This document shows positions 24,701 through 38,000 of a stretch of 64,000 bases of DNA, piece by piece. The notes under the pieces were generated by a model that worked only from the letters and a program-made list of their open reading frames with translations, ran no database searches and was not told the DNA's origin. Position 1 is the stretch's first letter. Each line of letters begins with the position of its first letter. Origin of the DNA: Stylophora pistillata (lineage: Eukaryota). Location of the stretch: assembly GCF_002571385.2 (NCBI RefSeq), contig NW_019217790.1, positions 1,666,083-1,730,082 on the forward strand, in the 5' to 3' direction. Both the position numbers and the translations under genes were made by a program.

Positions 24701-27700
24701 TCTATCTTTCTTTTTAGTCATAAATTGCTCTTTCTTTCTCATACATTGTTCTTATTTTGTACCTGTAGGCTACAGCTGGTCAGGATCATATGGTGGTAGG
24801 GGAAAAGAGTTTTATTAACACTAATTTTCTGAATTTTCTTTGCTCTCCAGATTATATCAGTCTATTTGGTGATTAACTCTTCTCTCAGCATGCAGATCCT
24901 TTATATTTCCTTTTGGAGTAGTAAAAGAATTTCACGTACTAAGATTTTCTTGTATTTCTGGTAGTCAGTCAATGCTTTGTTTACATGTTTGTGATAATTC
25001 AAACCTCAGTTGTCCGTGTGTTGATTTGTAGAGAGTTTGGGTGCTTAAGGAATCACAAAACTATTTTGAAGAAATGAGAGCAAAATATTCCAAGACAGGT
25101 AATATTCTAATACATCAGATGAGCTAAATGCTAAAGAATAAATAAATGTATTAACTAAATTTAGTTTTTTGTAAGCAGGTAACCTATAACTTGAAGGAGT
25201 AATATTATGGTGTGAGTTGCTTTGTAATTTGCACTGCTTTGTATTTTTAGAGGGTCTCAAATTATCATGGGTAAAGAAATCTTAAACATTGGAGAAAATT
25301 TTTCAAACATTGCTTGGATACAGTTTCTGTCCTTCTGTTTGGTTAACTTTGGCCTGATTTTTTGTTTTGTGTGTTTGCTTGTTTATTTATCTGTTTTGTT
25401 TTGTTTTGTTGTTTTTTTAAGGTGATAATTCATCCTCAGAACAAGAACCAAATTCAGAAGAATACTCACAAATGGAGGAAACATTAAAAGGAGGCGAAGA
25501 GAGTGCTGCAAGTGCAGAAGAGGGGCCAACAGAAACCAGTGAAGCCAATGAAGTTAGTCCCTCCTTTTCATTTAAACCAATCTTTTTGTTTCTATGGTAA
25601 ACATTGTTTTAGAACATAATGATAAATAACTCTCAGGTAAAATTGAAAACTTTAACTTAAGTAACCATATGGGATTGTTTTAGGAGCCTGCTGCAGAAGC
25701 CCCTGTTGAAGAAGATCTGGGCCCATATATGAAAACACCTCTGTGTACTTACTGTGGTCACACTGGAGATGTACTTGACTTGTCTTGGTCAAAGGTATGA
25801 AGAAAAAATAATTTGCTTTTTTGATTTGTTGGCAAGCAGATGTGATCATTTGCTTATTTTTACTTATCATTTTGTTTATTTTTCTGGCAGAACTACTTTC
25901 TTTTGTCCTCATCAATGGATAAGACTGTAAGGTAACCGCATTACATGTGATAGCTGGAGCCCTGTATGGCACTTTATACCTGTTCTTTCATCAGCGGGCT
26001 TGTTACATTTTCATTTCTTTTCTGTGTATTTTTTAAATTATTATTATTGGAGAACTAATTTGTATCTCCAGGGGGATGGGGGGTTGTAACCAGTTCAGTT
26101 ACAAAGATAGATTAGAAGAATTCAGATGATTAAAGGGTCGATTAAAAGGTATTAAATATTTTCTATAATGATTGCAGGTTATGGCACATCTCCAGATCTG
26201 AATGTCTCTGCTGTTTTCAACATATAGACTTTGTGACAGCTATTTGTTTTCATCCAAGGGTAAGTAATTGCTAACTGCTTTGGTGAAAACGAAGAGGGAT
26301 TGTTGAGGAAGGAAGGGAGTCAGTCTTAAAAGAACTGGTGGAGATGTCCCAGATAAGCTTTGACCATGTTCAGTGTGTGTGTGCATGCATGCGTGTGTGT
26401 GTGTGTGTGCTTGTGTGTGTGCGTGCATGTGTGTGTGCGTGTGTGTGCGTGTGCGTGTGTGTGTTTTCTATTTTTTCAAATCTTCTGTCAATGAACCATT
26501 TTGATTAAGTTATTGAGAGAACACCACCGTGAAACATTATTAACGTTTGCTGATTTTTAAGACAAAAACTAGTCTGATAATGTAGTTTTGCTTCAGGATG
26601 ATCGGTATTTCTTAAGTGGTTCACTCGACGGAAAAATTCGTTTATGGAACATACCAGATAAGAAGGTAGCATTGTGGAATGAAGTAGAAGGGACAGGTAA
26701 ATATCTTCATTTCTTCTCTTCATGTCTGTTTTTTTTTCTTTTTTTTTGTTCATTTGGCCTTTTTGGTAGCTATTGTTATGATGTATATATATTTTTTGGT
26801 AGCTATTGTTATGATGTATATATATTTTTTGGTAGCTATTGTTATGATGTATTTATATTTTTTGGTAGCTATTGTTATGATGTATATATATTTTGGTAGC
26901 TATTGTGGTGATGTATATATATTTTTTGGTAGCTATTGTTATGTTATTGAATGGAATGTTATCCTAAACTAACAAAACACAAGCAAAATTTAGGCGACGA
27001 GAAGTCCCTCCTCAACAAATGATAAACACCACAGCGTACACTATTGAGTTATGGATGAACGCGGGAGGTTGCTAAGCACGAAAGAAGCGTAAGAGTCCTC
27101 GAGGCGATAGCCGAGAGCGACTCTAGCTTCTTGAGTGCTTAGCAAACCTCCCAAGTGCATCCATAACTCAATAGTGTACGCTGTGGTGTTTATCATTTGT
27201 TTTATAACATAACATTGATACATTGTAGCTAAAGAGTACCCTTTTATTTAACAAATCTTACGTGATCAGAAAAAACAAGCGCGCGCGGAAAAATAGTCTT
27301 TGCATTTGCTCACGGCAGCAGCATACACCCATGGGCAAATGGGGAACGCTAAATTGACCAATCAGAGCGCGCGCTTTACTTTGATTATATTATAATTTTC
27401 GGTGAAGTCCGTCGCGCAGTAAAAAAGTATCAATAGAGTTTTGCGAGCCGCGCGATGGTCTTCGCCGATGAGGCGGGACAGCTCGTAGTGTAAGCAAAGC
27501 ATGCGTTCACTCTCATACTGTGGCATCGCGTCTTGAGCTCTAACTGACTGTACGTGAAAGAACTGCACTCTGTTGTAATTTTTAGAGACTGACAAACCGC
27601 TCTTTGTATTATTGTTCCACCTTATTTACTTACGCTCGTTTCTTTTTTTTCTTGGAAGGGAGTAACTTAATTACTGCTGCAAATTTCTGTTTGAATGGCA

Positions 27701-29945
27701 AATTTGCCGTAGTTGGTACGTACGATGGACGATGTATCTTTTATGAAACAGAGGTAAGACCTTTTGTGGCTTTGTGTTTTTGAATCAAGGATTTGTATAT
27801 AAACGCTTTACTGCAGGTTGCCTTCGGGAAGACAACTCTGCCTTTTGTGTCTATTTAAATGGCTGAGTCATAGTCCGCCCAGCTTGAAATACTTCGCCTC
27901 GATGTTACAATTATGTCACTTGTAATCCATTTCAATCTTCTCCATGCTTAACCATCCTTGCTCCTATTTAGTTTATTTTCGTCTCCTTTGTGTTTTTCTA
28001 TTTTACCTAACTAGTGTTGTAGTTACTTGCAATCCTTGTTATTATCTTTAACTATCTTGTCTCCTTTCCAACTTTTTTTTTTTCGGTTCTGGTCTCCTCT
28101 TTTCCCTCCGTTCTTCATAACTTTTCCAAGTCTAGCGTGGTCTTTAACGTAATGATTATCTTTTTACAGCGACTCAAATATCATACACAGTGGCAAGTGA
28201 GAGCTGCAAGAAACAAGAAAGCTCGTGGCAGAAAGATTAGCGGCATTGAACCCATGCCAGGTGAAGATAAGGTATTCACAGTTTTGTTACTTCCGCAAGA
28301 GCAATTTTCAATTTAGTGTCAAACCATAGTTAGTACTAACTATGGTCGAACATCTTTGGGAATCGCATTGGGTTTGCTTCACTTCGCTCTGTGATTGGTT
28401 TAGAAAACTCGCGCCGGCCTCTCAGCCAATCAGATGCAAAACTTAAGCCAACCTCGACTTGGTACTTCAAACGATTCAATATTGTTAATATTGTAAATTT
28501 TTGTTGATAGCTCTTGTCTATGATCTTCAATCCTGTTTTTAGTTATTTAATAGATCTACTTATTATTTGTATTCTTACAGAAATTATGTTTTCTTTCTAA
28601 TTATACATACACGTACACGTTTTAACGAGAACTTCTGTACTCCTAGGTGTCACGTGTTTAAATAAAGGATTGATTGATTGATTTTCCCGCGCTTTAGTCA
28701 GTGTACTTGTGTTTTAAACACTTCGACTCCTCATTAGTGGTTTATGAGTATAATTATTGTTTTGATAGGCTATTGTGACAACCTTTGAAAAGTGCTGTAC
28801 GTGATTTGATTTAACGTCGCGGGGTGTTTTCAAATAAACAAATATGGTTTTTCTTACTTCCTCTTCAGGTTCTTATCACATCAAATGATTCAAGAATAAG
28901 ACTTTACGATCTCAAGGACAATTCTCTGAACTGCAAATACAAAGGCTGTGTGAATACCAGCAGTCAGATCAAGGCGGGTTTTAGGTATTGAACACGGTAA
29001 TTTTTTACGTATGCCAAGTTGTGTTGAATTTGTTCAGCGGGAAATGATTATTGAGAGGAAATACAAATAAAGAAAGCAGCGACATTGTTGTAAGTAATTA
29101 AATTGTAGTAACAATGCTGTGTACAGCAGACGATGATTTTGAGATCACTAAACTGTGCGTATAAACGAGTTGAAAATTCGGTAATTCACGAATATACGAC
29201 CCATTTAGAAGATTGTTTTTGTCTGTCGTTGTAACTTACCATCTAATATATAGAAGAAACACAACGAAGAATGTATGGCAAACAGAACTAGCAGTCTAAT
29301 GATTTCTTGTTCTATTTCTGTAGTCACGACGGTCAGTATGTCATATGTGGCTCAGAGGATCATTTTGTTTACATCTGGAGAACCCAACACGGATTTCCAT
29401 CCTCCAGGAGAGACAAGAACGAGTTTTACGAGAGCTTTTCAGGTCAGAAAAAACTGTTAAATCTTAGAAATCTTTTCACGTGTGAAATTTGTTGCCAATG
29501 AAGATCAACACTTATTCAGTGGTTAATTAAATGACTTTTCTGAACGCGTTTTTGAGCTGCTACCAAGCGTTGGGAGCCTTAGCTAGAAAGGGCCTCCTCA
29601 AGTCTTGAATTTGTATGAATTGAGGTATGAACCAGAGGAAAAACCTTTTATTTTTTAACGGAAAACCGTGTTGTTGACTGCATTTTTAACCATTGTTGCC
29701 ACCAATAGAGTACTTCATTGATACTTTCAACGAATTCCCCACAAACTGATGTTTGCAATATCTGCTGAAACTTGCGACTATTATCTGTTTCTTTTCAAGC
29801 TCACGCTGTCGTGGTGACGGCAGCAATGTTCGCCCCAGTTCCCTGGCTTATCGTTCCTCCAGACTCGAGCGTTCATCAAAGTACGACAGAGGTACTTGTG
29901 ACCGCTGACTGGAGCGGTGCTATCAAACTGTTCGTGAACAGATGA
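18724..29945 (+). CDS. WDR44: WD repeat-containing protein 44 (Rab11 effector, rabphilin-11); 22 exons, about 907 aa
   Basis: Exons 18724-18809, 19091-19121, 20018-20563, 20909-21382, 21891-22027, 22257-22319, 22416-22474, 22827-22894, 23833-23910, 24582-24626, 24769-24795, 25032-25098, 25422-25552, 25684-25794, 25891-25931, 26178-26259, 26597-26696, 27659-27753, 28170-28271, 28869-28984, 29324-29442, 29800-29945, all in phase. FFAT motif [96 protein letters not shown]. Confidence 0.95.
23385..23657 (-). mobile_element. MITE-like repeat of the same family as 14443-14705
   Basis: Reverse-complement match to the 14.4-14.7 kb copy; internal palindrome TCTTATTAACCAAGC...GCTTGGTTAATAAGA. Confidence 0.8.
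24359..24504. mobile_element. Palindromic MITE; a partial relative lies at about 51438-51500
   Basis: Arms CTGGTTGTTCAAAGGGTGGATAATGCTAT / ATAGCGTTATCCATCCTTTGAACAACCAG. Confidence 0.8.
26373..26464. repeat. (GT)n/(GC) microsatellite
   Basis: Direct reading of the sequence. Confidence 0.95.
26760..26945. repeat. Tandem minisatellite of about 38 bp, 5 copies, in a WDR44 intron
   Basis: Unit TTTTTTGGTAGCTATTGTTATGATGTATATATAT repeated. Confidence 0.95.
27014..27201. mobile_element. Palindromic MITE with about 44-bp perfect arms
   Basis: AACAAATGATAAACACCACAGCGTACACTATTGAGTTATGGATG ... CATCCATAACTCAATAGTGTACGCTGTGGTGTTTATCATTTGTT. Confidence 0.85.
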
Positions 29946-31254
29946 CACGCAGCTTCCCTTATTTGGAATATCAGTGGAAACTGTTCCGCTGGTCTAGAAA
30001 GTCCTCGTCTCGTGGTCATTCAAATTCACTGTCTAACATGATGGTCCATCCAGATTGTGCACGGAAACTATGTGGACAACTTTCTTAGCGTATCTTAGAC
30101 GAACACTAGTGAACAGTGACGTCGTATCATTTGCGGTTCTTTCGGTACTCAGTTTTCTGTATCTGGTACGCGGCACGGGAGTGCAATGGGTGATGGGAAG
30201 AGGACCGGGGAAGAGGACCGAGAAAGATGACCTCCATCTCGCTCCTTTTGGCTTTCACCTTACCCGTCTGCCTCACGCTTCCATGCTATTTCCGTTGGCT
30301 GCAATTGCTATAAAGACTTGGACAAATGTGGGCTGTATTCATTCCCTTTTCAGTAAAAGCAAACAGACAACATTTTTGAATACAACCATATTCTTAAGAT
30401 CTAGTGAACTCATCCACGTAGGGAAGGAATTCTTCCTACGGAAAATGCAATGTATCTTCGTTCGCTGGATTTGATGCTACACTGCTCAGACTATATAATT
30501 TGCTGAAAGAAAGGGATGTGTTGTTCGATATCCAGGCCACGCTAGTCTCCGTCAAAAAATTGTTAACAGACTTGAATATAAAGCAATCGAGTGAAAAGCT
30601 ATCTTGAAGCTGTGGAAATCGATCGACAGGGGTGTTTTTGTTTGGGTCTATATTTTTCCTGGTGGATTCTGACAGTCGACTGGGGACATAAGTTATTTAA
30701 AATTTCTTTACAGATTCGAAAGCCAAAATTATTAACGTAACTATAGTTCTAATTTTGAAATAATATGGTCCTAGCTGTAAAATTGGACAGATCAGTCATA
30801 TTGTAATTCTATTTAAGAGTGAATTGGCAGGGAATCGACGTTCATTTGAATTTTTTTCTTTTATTTTTTGCTTTCATGTGCGACGGGAAATGAACCGAGG
30901 ATCCTTGTGGTAATTGTCGTAATTAAATGCTTCAGACGTGAACGCGTTCTGATTGTCTTCTATCAATTTAATGGTAGTTTCCTGTTCAATTTCAAATGAC
31001 TTGTGTGTCCAAGCGTCATTTTATTGACGTGAAAGGTACTGAACCTAATAAATTAAACTTCATATATGAAAAGATCGACGTTTAAGTCGATGAAGGTATA
31101 CATATCTTATCTGTATCGACCTAAGAATTACGTCCAAGTTGGAAACGACTTAACTTCAAACGTCCAACTTTTTATGTGCTCTCTATATATATATATATAT
31201 ATAAACATTGGCTTAGACGATACCACAATTGTGGGATCGTTTGGGGGTACATAT

Positions 31255-31435
31255 ACGCGTTTCATACGCGTTTCACCATCCTAGCATCAGCACTGCACCG
31301 ATGACGCCCAGAAGGCCGAAACAGTACATATATATATGTACTGAAATAAATGAAAAACGAAAGTCCTTTTTCTTTTTCTTTCTCTTTGCTTTTGGGCTAC
31401 GCGTTTCACCGCTGTTGCGGCGCTTCAGGCATAGC
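31255..31435. ncRNA. Cluster of degenerate minimal hammerhead-ribozyme-like motifs (Penelope/retrozyme-type remnants)
   Basis: Plus strand 31292-31325: ACTG-CA-CCGATGA-CGCCCAGAAGGCC-GAAA-CAGT. Minus strand 31400-31430: CTGAAG-CGCCGC-AACA-GCGGT-GAAAC. A partial third motif on the minus strand at 31268-31292. Confidence 0.45.
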
Positions 31436-32015
31436 AAAGTGTGTTTATTGACTTATTACGTCACAGATCTAATTGTAATTACAATGGTTATTGTAATTCG
31501 AAGCACGCGCGAGCAACTANNNNNNGTGGTTCAAATGTACGCGGACGTCTACCATCGTTTTAGCGTTTCACTGAGGACACGAAGAGCCGCCTGGCGCCGA
31601 TCGCCGGGCTGAGATTGTGTGGCTAGAGAATTGAAATGAAAGATCAACCTTTGCCCTTGAATTCTGCGGTGGATTTGTGGCCGTGGGTACATTTTAGCTT
31701 GGGATTTTTTACTTCGTTCGGCAGGCTGTCCGGACAGAAGTGTTTGGACTTGTCTTCTCTTTATGTGGTAGAAAACCAGGATTAAAAAAAACCGCTTAAA
31801 TCAAGTGAAATCGGTAAAATAACGACACCAGGAGCAAACAACACACGTATGGAACAAGGTAAGCCATTTTTATTTAATATTTTCGCTTTTAACCATCTCT
31901 GTGGATATCTTGTAGAAAATCCCCTACAAAACCTTATAAATATGCAAATTGTGTTCCTTGTGTGGTTCTCAAAGAGAGCTTGGGCTACCTGTGGTATAAC
32001 AGTTTCAAAGGCGTA

Positions 32016-35000
32016 CTACTGCTCTGTGTAATAGTTAACTGATGGTGTCGAGAGATTCCTCATGTGTACTGCGCTAGTAGTACTCTCTCTCAGTTTCGTG
32101 TTAAACACTCCTTTTTCGATATCAACAACTGAAATACAAACACAAAAGCAATCTGTGAGTTCTCGGAAAACAGAGTTTTAATTTAGCAAGGTTTTTAAAG
32201 ACGTGACGCGCCCGCAGGCGTTGCTGGGCAGTGTATTTACGTAATGGTAAATTTTGTCCCTTGAGATATTGGCCGCGAGAACTGTGAACGAAGAGGATAA
32301 TAAGGGGGGGGCTCAACCGCTACTTGGGTGAGTTTAGAGCAGAGGTGACAGCAAACATGGATGGTTTTAACTACTACTGATTCAACAACAATTACAGAGG
32401 AGGTCCGTGGAGTAAGTTGCAAAGTCCGGTAAAGCATTGAAATTCCTCTGTGGACAGACGCGCGAACATTTTACACCATTTCATCAGTATGAATATTCTC
32501 CATACTGTTCTCTATACAATTTCCTCAGATGCTGACAAGGAGAATTTGCTTATCAATCAATTGTTTCTACAGTTGGTGATCATTTTTATAATTCTCATGA
32601 CCTTAATGTGTGATTCAGGGGTGATAGTGCAATGAGAAATTAGATGCTGGCCGGTTTCTCTGAGGTTGAAGAGTTAATATCATCAACATTCTTCTTCGAC
32701 CAGTTATTTCATATCATATCTGGGAAAAACCAGCCACCTCTTGTCTAAAGAATCGCTTCAGATGTCTTACATTTGAAACAATTTTCTTTGCATCGAGAAC
32801 TTAACTTGATCGTCTCCTGGTATGTATTCGTATCGTTACGGAGCCAATCTCTGTGGCAAGGAAATAAAATGCAAAAATAAAAGTTGAGAGATACAGACCA
32901 TATGATGTCGGTCTCTTCGAGCAAGCATTCCTTAGGGAACCAATCAACAAGAACGTGACAAGAATACCAGCAAAGGCCAGCAAAACGAAGTGGAAGGATT
33001 CTATTTGGCCCCTAGATGAGCCTTGCTTCATATCATGTCGGTATTTTCCATGGCTGTACTTGGAAAAACAGGAAGACTGAAAAGAAAAGAAGACACAAAT
33101 ATGTCTGAACAGTTCACATTCTCTTGATCCTCCAACTCCTGATTTCCGCCAAATTGTACATCTCACAGCGAGACGCAGCAATGAGTATTGCATGTCATCG
33201 TCAACACAATTTGAGTTCACCGAAGTATACCACTCGGAATTCGTTCAGTCTCCCTCCCTCCCTCNNNNNNNNNNNNNNNNNNNNNNNNNNNNNNNNNNNN
33301 NNNNNNNNNNNNNNNNNNNNNNNNNNNNNNNNNNNNNNNNNNNNNNNNNNNNNNNNNNNNNNNNNNNNNNNNNNNNNNNNNNNNNNNNNNNNNNNNNNNN
33401 NNNNNNNNNNNNNNNNNNNNNNNNNNNNNNNNNNNNNNNNNNNNNNNNNNNNNNNNNNNNNNNNNNNNNNNNNNNNNNNNNNNNNNNNNNNNNNNNNNNN
33501 NNNNNNNNNNNNNNNNNNNNNNNNNNNNNNNNNNNNNNNNNNNNNNNNNNNNNNNNNNNNNNNNNNNNNNNNNNNNNNNNNNNNNNNNNNNNNNNNNNNN
33601 NNNNNNNNNNNNNNNNNNNNNNNNNNNNNNNNNNNNNNNNNNNNNNNNNNNNNNNNNCCTCCCTCCCTCCCTCCCTCCCTGAAAATTGACTGCAAAGAAT
33701 TGAAAATTCGCATTGAGTAAACCGGCCAAGGCTAGAACTCAGACCTCCCGGTCCACCGTACCTCGCACAAACCTCAGCTCAGCTTTCTCGCCGCCTGGCC
33801 GAGAATTTCGATATCGGATCGGCTTGGATTCAAACGCCGAACATTCAGGAATAGCACCTAATGCAATCTATTTCTTTCTTTTTTCTAATAGATTTTTGTT
33901 CTTCTGGTCCCTAACTAAATTAGATAAATAACTAATACGGATTACATGATTGGTCAGCTTTATTAGGGATCTGCGACTAATTGCAGGTAATTTCAAAATC
34001 TGAAAATACTAGAAATCAGATCCTGTAGTCAAATCAATCATGGTGATTGCATTATCCCTGCAATGATGAATATTCCAAGCAATTTTAAGCTGATCGTCCT
34101 GATCGAAGTGCAAAATTACTTAGTGTATTTCAGTGGTTTAGAAACCTGCCAATCCTTGTCTTCATCGTCCGAGCTGTCATCGTCCATCCATTTTGTTTTC
34201 CATGATTTCTCCCGATCAGTTTGGCTTTGCAAACAGTCTTCAAGGCCCTCGTGTCCTTCTTCCACCGCAAAACCCACCCTGACGGTAGAATAATCCATCG
34301 ATTCGTCAACGATCGTCAAACGAGAAAATTGATTTTTCATTTCCTCGGTGCCACAGTCGAACAGCCATATTTTATCCACTTTACCATCCATCAGGCCTTT
34401 TAGGAGTGCGCTTTCTGTGGAATATTCTGCTTAGAAATCAACCATAGAGAACTATCCCTGTTGATATGAAGTAAACCCTCATCATTTAATTATCTTGCAT
34501 CTGATAATTACTAGTCCTATCCACTTCTCACGTGCCCTCCCGTTAGCGGGAATGACTCAAGGAATCCCTCGAGTATATGCACAACGATGTTTTCAACCAC
34601 CACCACACCCCCAACCCCTTATTCTTAAGGAACAATAGTTTGCCAGAAAAAAGCTACAATTGTCCCTCCCCTCGGGGGTAAAATTAGTATCCTTGTAAGT
34701 GTCTGCTTTGTTTGGGTCTGCTATGTTTGGGTCTGCTTCATACAGTTTTAACAGTACTTCTCGAATCATTTTTAAGACTTCGGGTTTCTGATCTACACTT
34801 TTCATTGTTACAATATTGTGACGGAGGGCGATAACTATAGGACGCATCTCAAAATAAAATAAAATACACACTTAAATGTTCCTGATCATAGAAATGACCA
34901 TGATGGAGAGACCTTTAATAAAGCTTTCTTTTGAGTTTACGCGATGTAATGAGTAGCCCTAAAAGGGGCTGATAAAAGGAATTCTTACTGCATTAAGTCA

Positions 35001-38000
35001 ATCCCGTACCCAGACCTTTCACGGCTAAGCGGTTCTAAGTCATAGCAACCTCGTTCCCAGGGCCTTTTCCCTTAGTTCCCCCAACTAATGGAAAAGGCCC
35101 TGGGAACGAGGTCGAAGTCATAGTTTCACGATCGGATCTGAGTACGAGATAAGTTATACCACCTAGCTAATCCAAAAGCTACAACATAAACAAAGGAACA
35201 TAGAACATAAAAGAAAAAAAATATAGAGAGTTCTTAAAGTCAACCCACCAGTGACGTCGGCTCCACGGTTGTATTTCTCAAAGAGGTTTCTACTTCCCAA
35301 GGGAACACCAACCTATGACGAATTCTGTTTAAGACACAACGGCTATGCATAGCTAACCTTGTGTGATATGCACCGTTTAATAACGAAAAATAAACTATCG
35401 GAGGTTGGGAACTTAGGGAACGAGGAGGTGGCGCAAGAACTTAAGAGTTTCACCGCTATATTTCAAGTCGGTTAGTTCTGCGAAGTTGACTGCTCTAGAC
35501 CACTTTCATAAATGGCTGCCGGGTTAATATTCTTTTGTTTAAATTTAAATTAGCCCTTCCGGCCTCGCTTGAGATAATGTATTATTTTGAATTTTGTACT
35601 GGAGAACGAGGCCAGAAGGGCTAATTTAAATTTAAAAAAAATAATATTAATCCGGCAGCCATTTACGAAAGTGGTCTATAGGCCTTGAATGTTCTTTCGT
35701 CAGCCAAAAAGATTCTAGTATCTCTCATAGCTGGGGCGGATCCAGGGGTGGTTTGGGTGGTTCGGTCGATCCCCCTAAATTATCCCTAAAAATGCTGGAA
35801 GTCATGTTTCTGAAGACCTTATTTCCAAAATCTCCCGGGGGAGCATGCCCTCGGGCAATTCTGGGAGCCCCCCTTGACTAAATCCTAGATCCCAGCATAG
35901 TGCTCGAACTTTAAATGTAATCAAACAACTTCATCACATGCCGTGTCATACCTTACATCCAAACATATCATTTAAGGGACGTAATCCATCAGCAGTGATG
36001 GACGAGGAGATCTGGGCTGTAATGGTTGACATCAACAACATTCCAATGATCATCCACAGTGAAGCATACACCCGAGCCAGCGATGATTTAGGAACTTTGT
36101 CACCATAACTACCAAGTCAGTGATAAAAGATATACGCGGAGTATTATTTATAATTCCTTCAGCGTCCTATCAAAAATTGTGCAATTTGAATGGCTTTGCT
36201 ACTTGGCATTTATTCCCTGTTAGATAGTGAGGATGGTGCAGCCTCGTTCCCAGGGCGCTTTTCCCCTCAAAGAGGGAAAGGCGCCCTGGGAACGAGTTTG
36301 AGGACAGTGACTATACATTATTACTAAAACAATCAGATTTTGTACGCACTCTCAATTTCAATACGTGGCATTTTATGTCGGGCTTCGCCCACATCAACCA
36401 TTTACAACCAATATATCAAAGAAATTTCGAGCTCGTACATGTACATATCATATTCTACATGTTAATCATAAAGCGTCGTCATGATTACGTCATTAGCTTC
36501 TGCTGTCGCGAGGAAAACTGGGTTAGAGCGTAGTCGGCTACATTGTATGACAAGAGAGTGAAATATCGTGTATAGAATTTAATCGGCCATGTTAGATGAC
36601 AAGACAGATTATTATAATCTTTGCATTCTCTTACCCCACTGTTGTCATGGTAACCACTGCCCACCACAATCCGTCTTGAACGCCTCTCCAAAACGAGTTT
36701 GGAAAATGACCCGAGTTTGTTCTGTGATCCTATGAACAAGTTAATAGTTGTTAAAACTAAAGAACGATGACAGTTGTTACGTGTAAATAGCGACCAAAAT
36801 CGAAATTTGAAAGGACGAACCATACTCTCGTAAGCTTTTGCGAACTGAAAATTTTCTGTTTCAAATTACTGAAACTAAGAAATCAACGATCAACGCATAA
36901 AAATCCTGCAATACAGAGCATTGACAAGTTCCAGTGATCCGATGAAATTTCATGCATTACACGAGGGTTGAATATCAAAGAGGAGAGAAACATCTGTTGT
37001 TAATGTAGTCTGTTTTCGTTTGAGTTCCAAACTTGTTTTTACATTAAGGCGACAGATCGGGATGTCATAGAGAACTGGTATAAGATAGGGTAATTAACTG
37101 AAAGAAACGTCGAGTTTTCTCCAGTGTTTTCTTAAATGCGACATTCTTAATTTTCGCTTCGTTTAGATTATCTAACCATTTTGTCCCTTGTCCAAAAACG
37201 TTGTAGAAGTCTGTTTTCTATTTCATACCATTTGTTTCGAGAACTGGAAAACCTGACTATAAAAGGTAACTGTTTTCGTACACGTCAACTGACTTTTATT
37301 TCGTCGCCGCCCAATTTTTAAATACATTTCTTAGTTTTTCTCTTATTAGATTCGGAGTGGATTGAAAAAGATCTTTGAAAAGAAACATCTGTCGGTGACG
37401 TGACGAATTCTTAAAACTTTCTGGTTTGGAGCAAAGGCAGTTAAAATACTCAGAAAGAACTTTAAAAAATTAATTTTAAATCCGTTCCGTCAGCTTTTGT
37501 TCATGCAGATTACAATTTTGCGAACGACTCCCTGAAATAATTTACCCCGTCAACGCAATCGTGAAATTTCAGATAAAGCGGAAAGGTTTACTGATTACTG
37601 TCAGTATCTTATGTCCCAGGAAACGTCATTTGTTATCTTGAAAAACAATTTTTCGGATAACGAGGTACTCGATCTTAGTAAAGTCGATTAAGCATCAACC
37701 TTTGCCATTCGTATCATTCTAATGATCAAATTTTGTGAGGATGTGTAAAGAGGTTTCTGAATACCTACCAAAAACCAAATGACAATTCCTGATAGCATGG
37801 TTGCTATTATGCAAAGAACAAGAAGCTCCCATATTTGTGCAAATGCGTGAACAATTTGTCTGCTGGTGGCAAACGATTCTTCTTTGATGGCTAATACAGA
37901 AGTGAACCATATTTCTAAAAGTGTAACACTTGAAGTGTTAAAAAAAAGTGGAAATGTTACATTTACAATCGGAACTTTACAATTTCCACCTGTTTCATTG

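Noticed and set aside
26588-26972. ORFs with FFGSYCYDVYI repeats
   Set aside because: Read-through from a WDR44 exon into an intronic minisatellite
30055-30474. 139-aa ORF after WDR44
   Set aside because: TTG start, no motifs, and it lies in the probable 3'UTR
32237-32450. Possible extra channel exon here, and at about 41090-41141
   Set aside because: Not conserved as coding between the paralogs; exon 6 joins exon 7 directly in phase
33124-33729. Long ORFs in several frames
   Set aside because: Artefacts of the N gap
34593-34871. 92-aa ORF with an ADPN repeat inside a channel intron
   Set aside because: No ATG start, no recognisable homology, and no coding counterpart in paralog B
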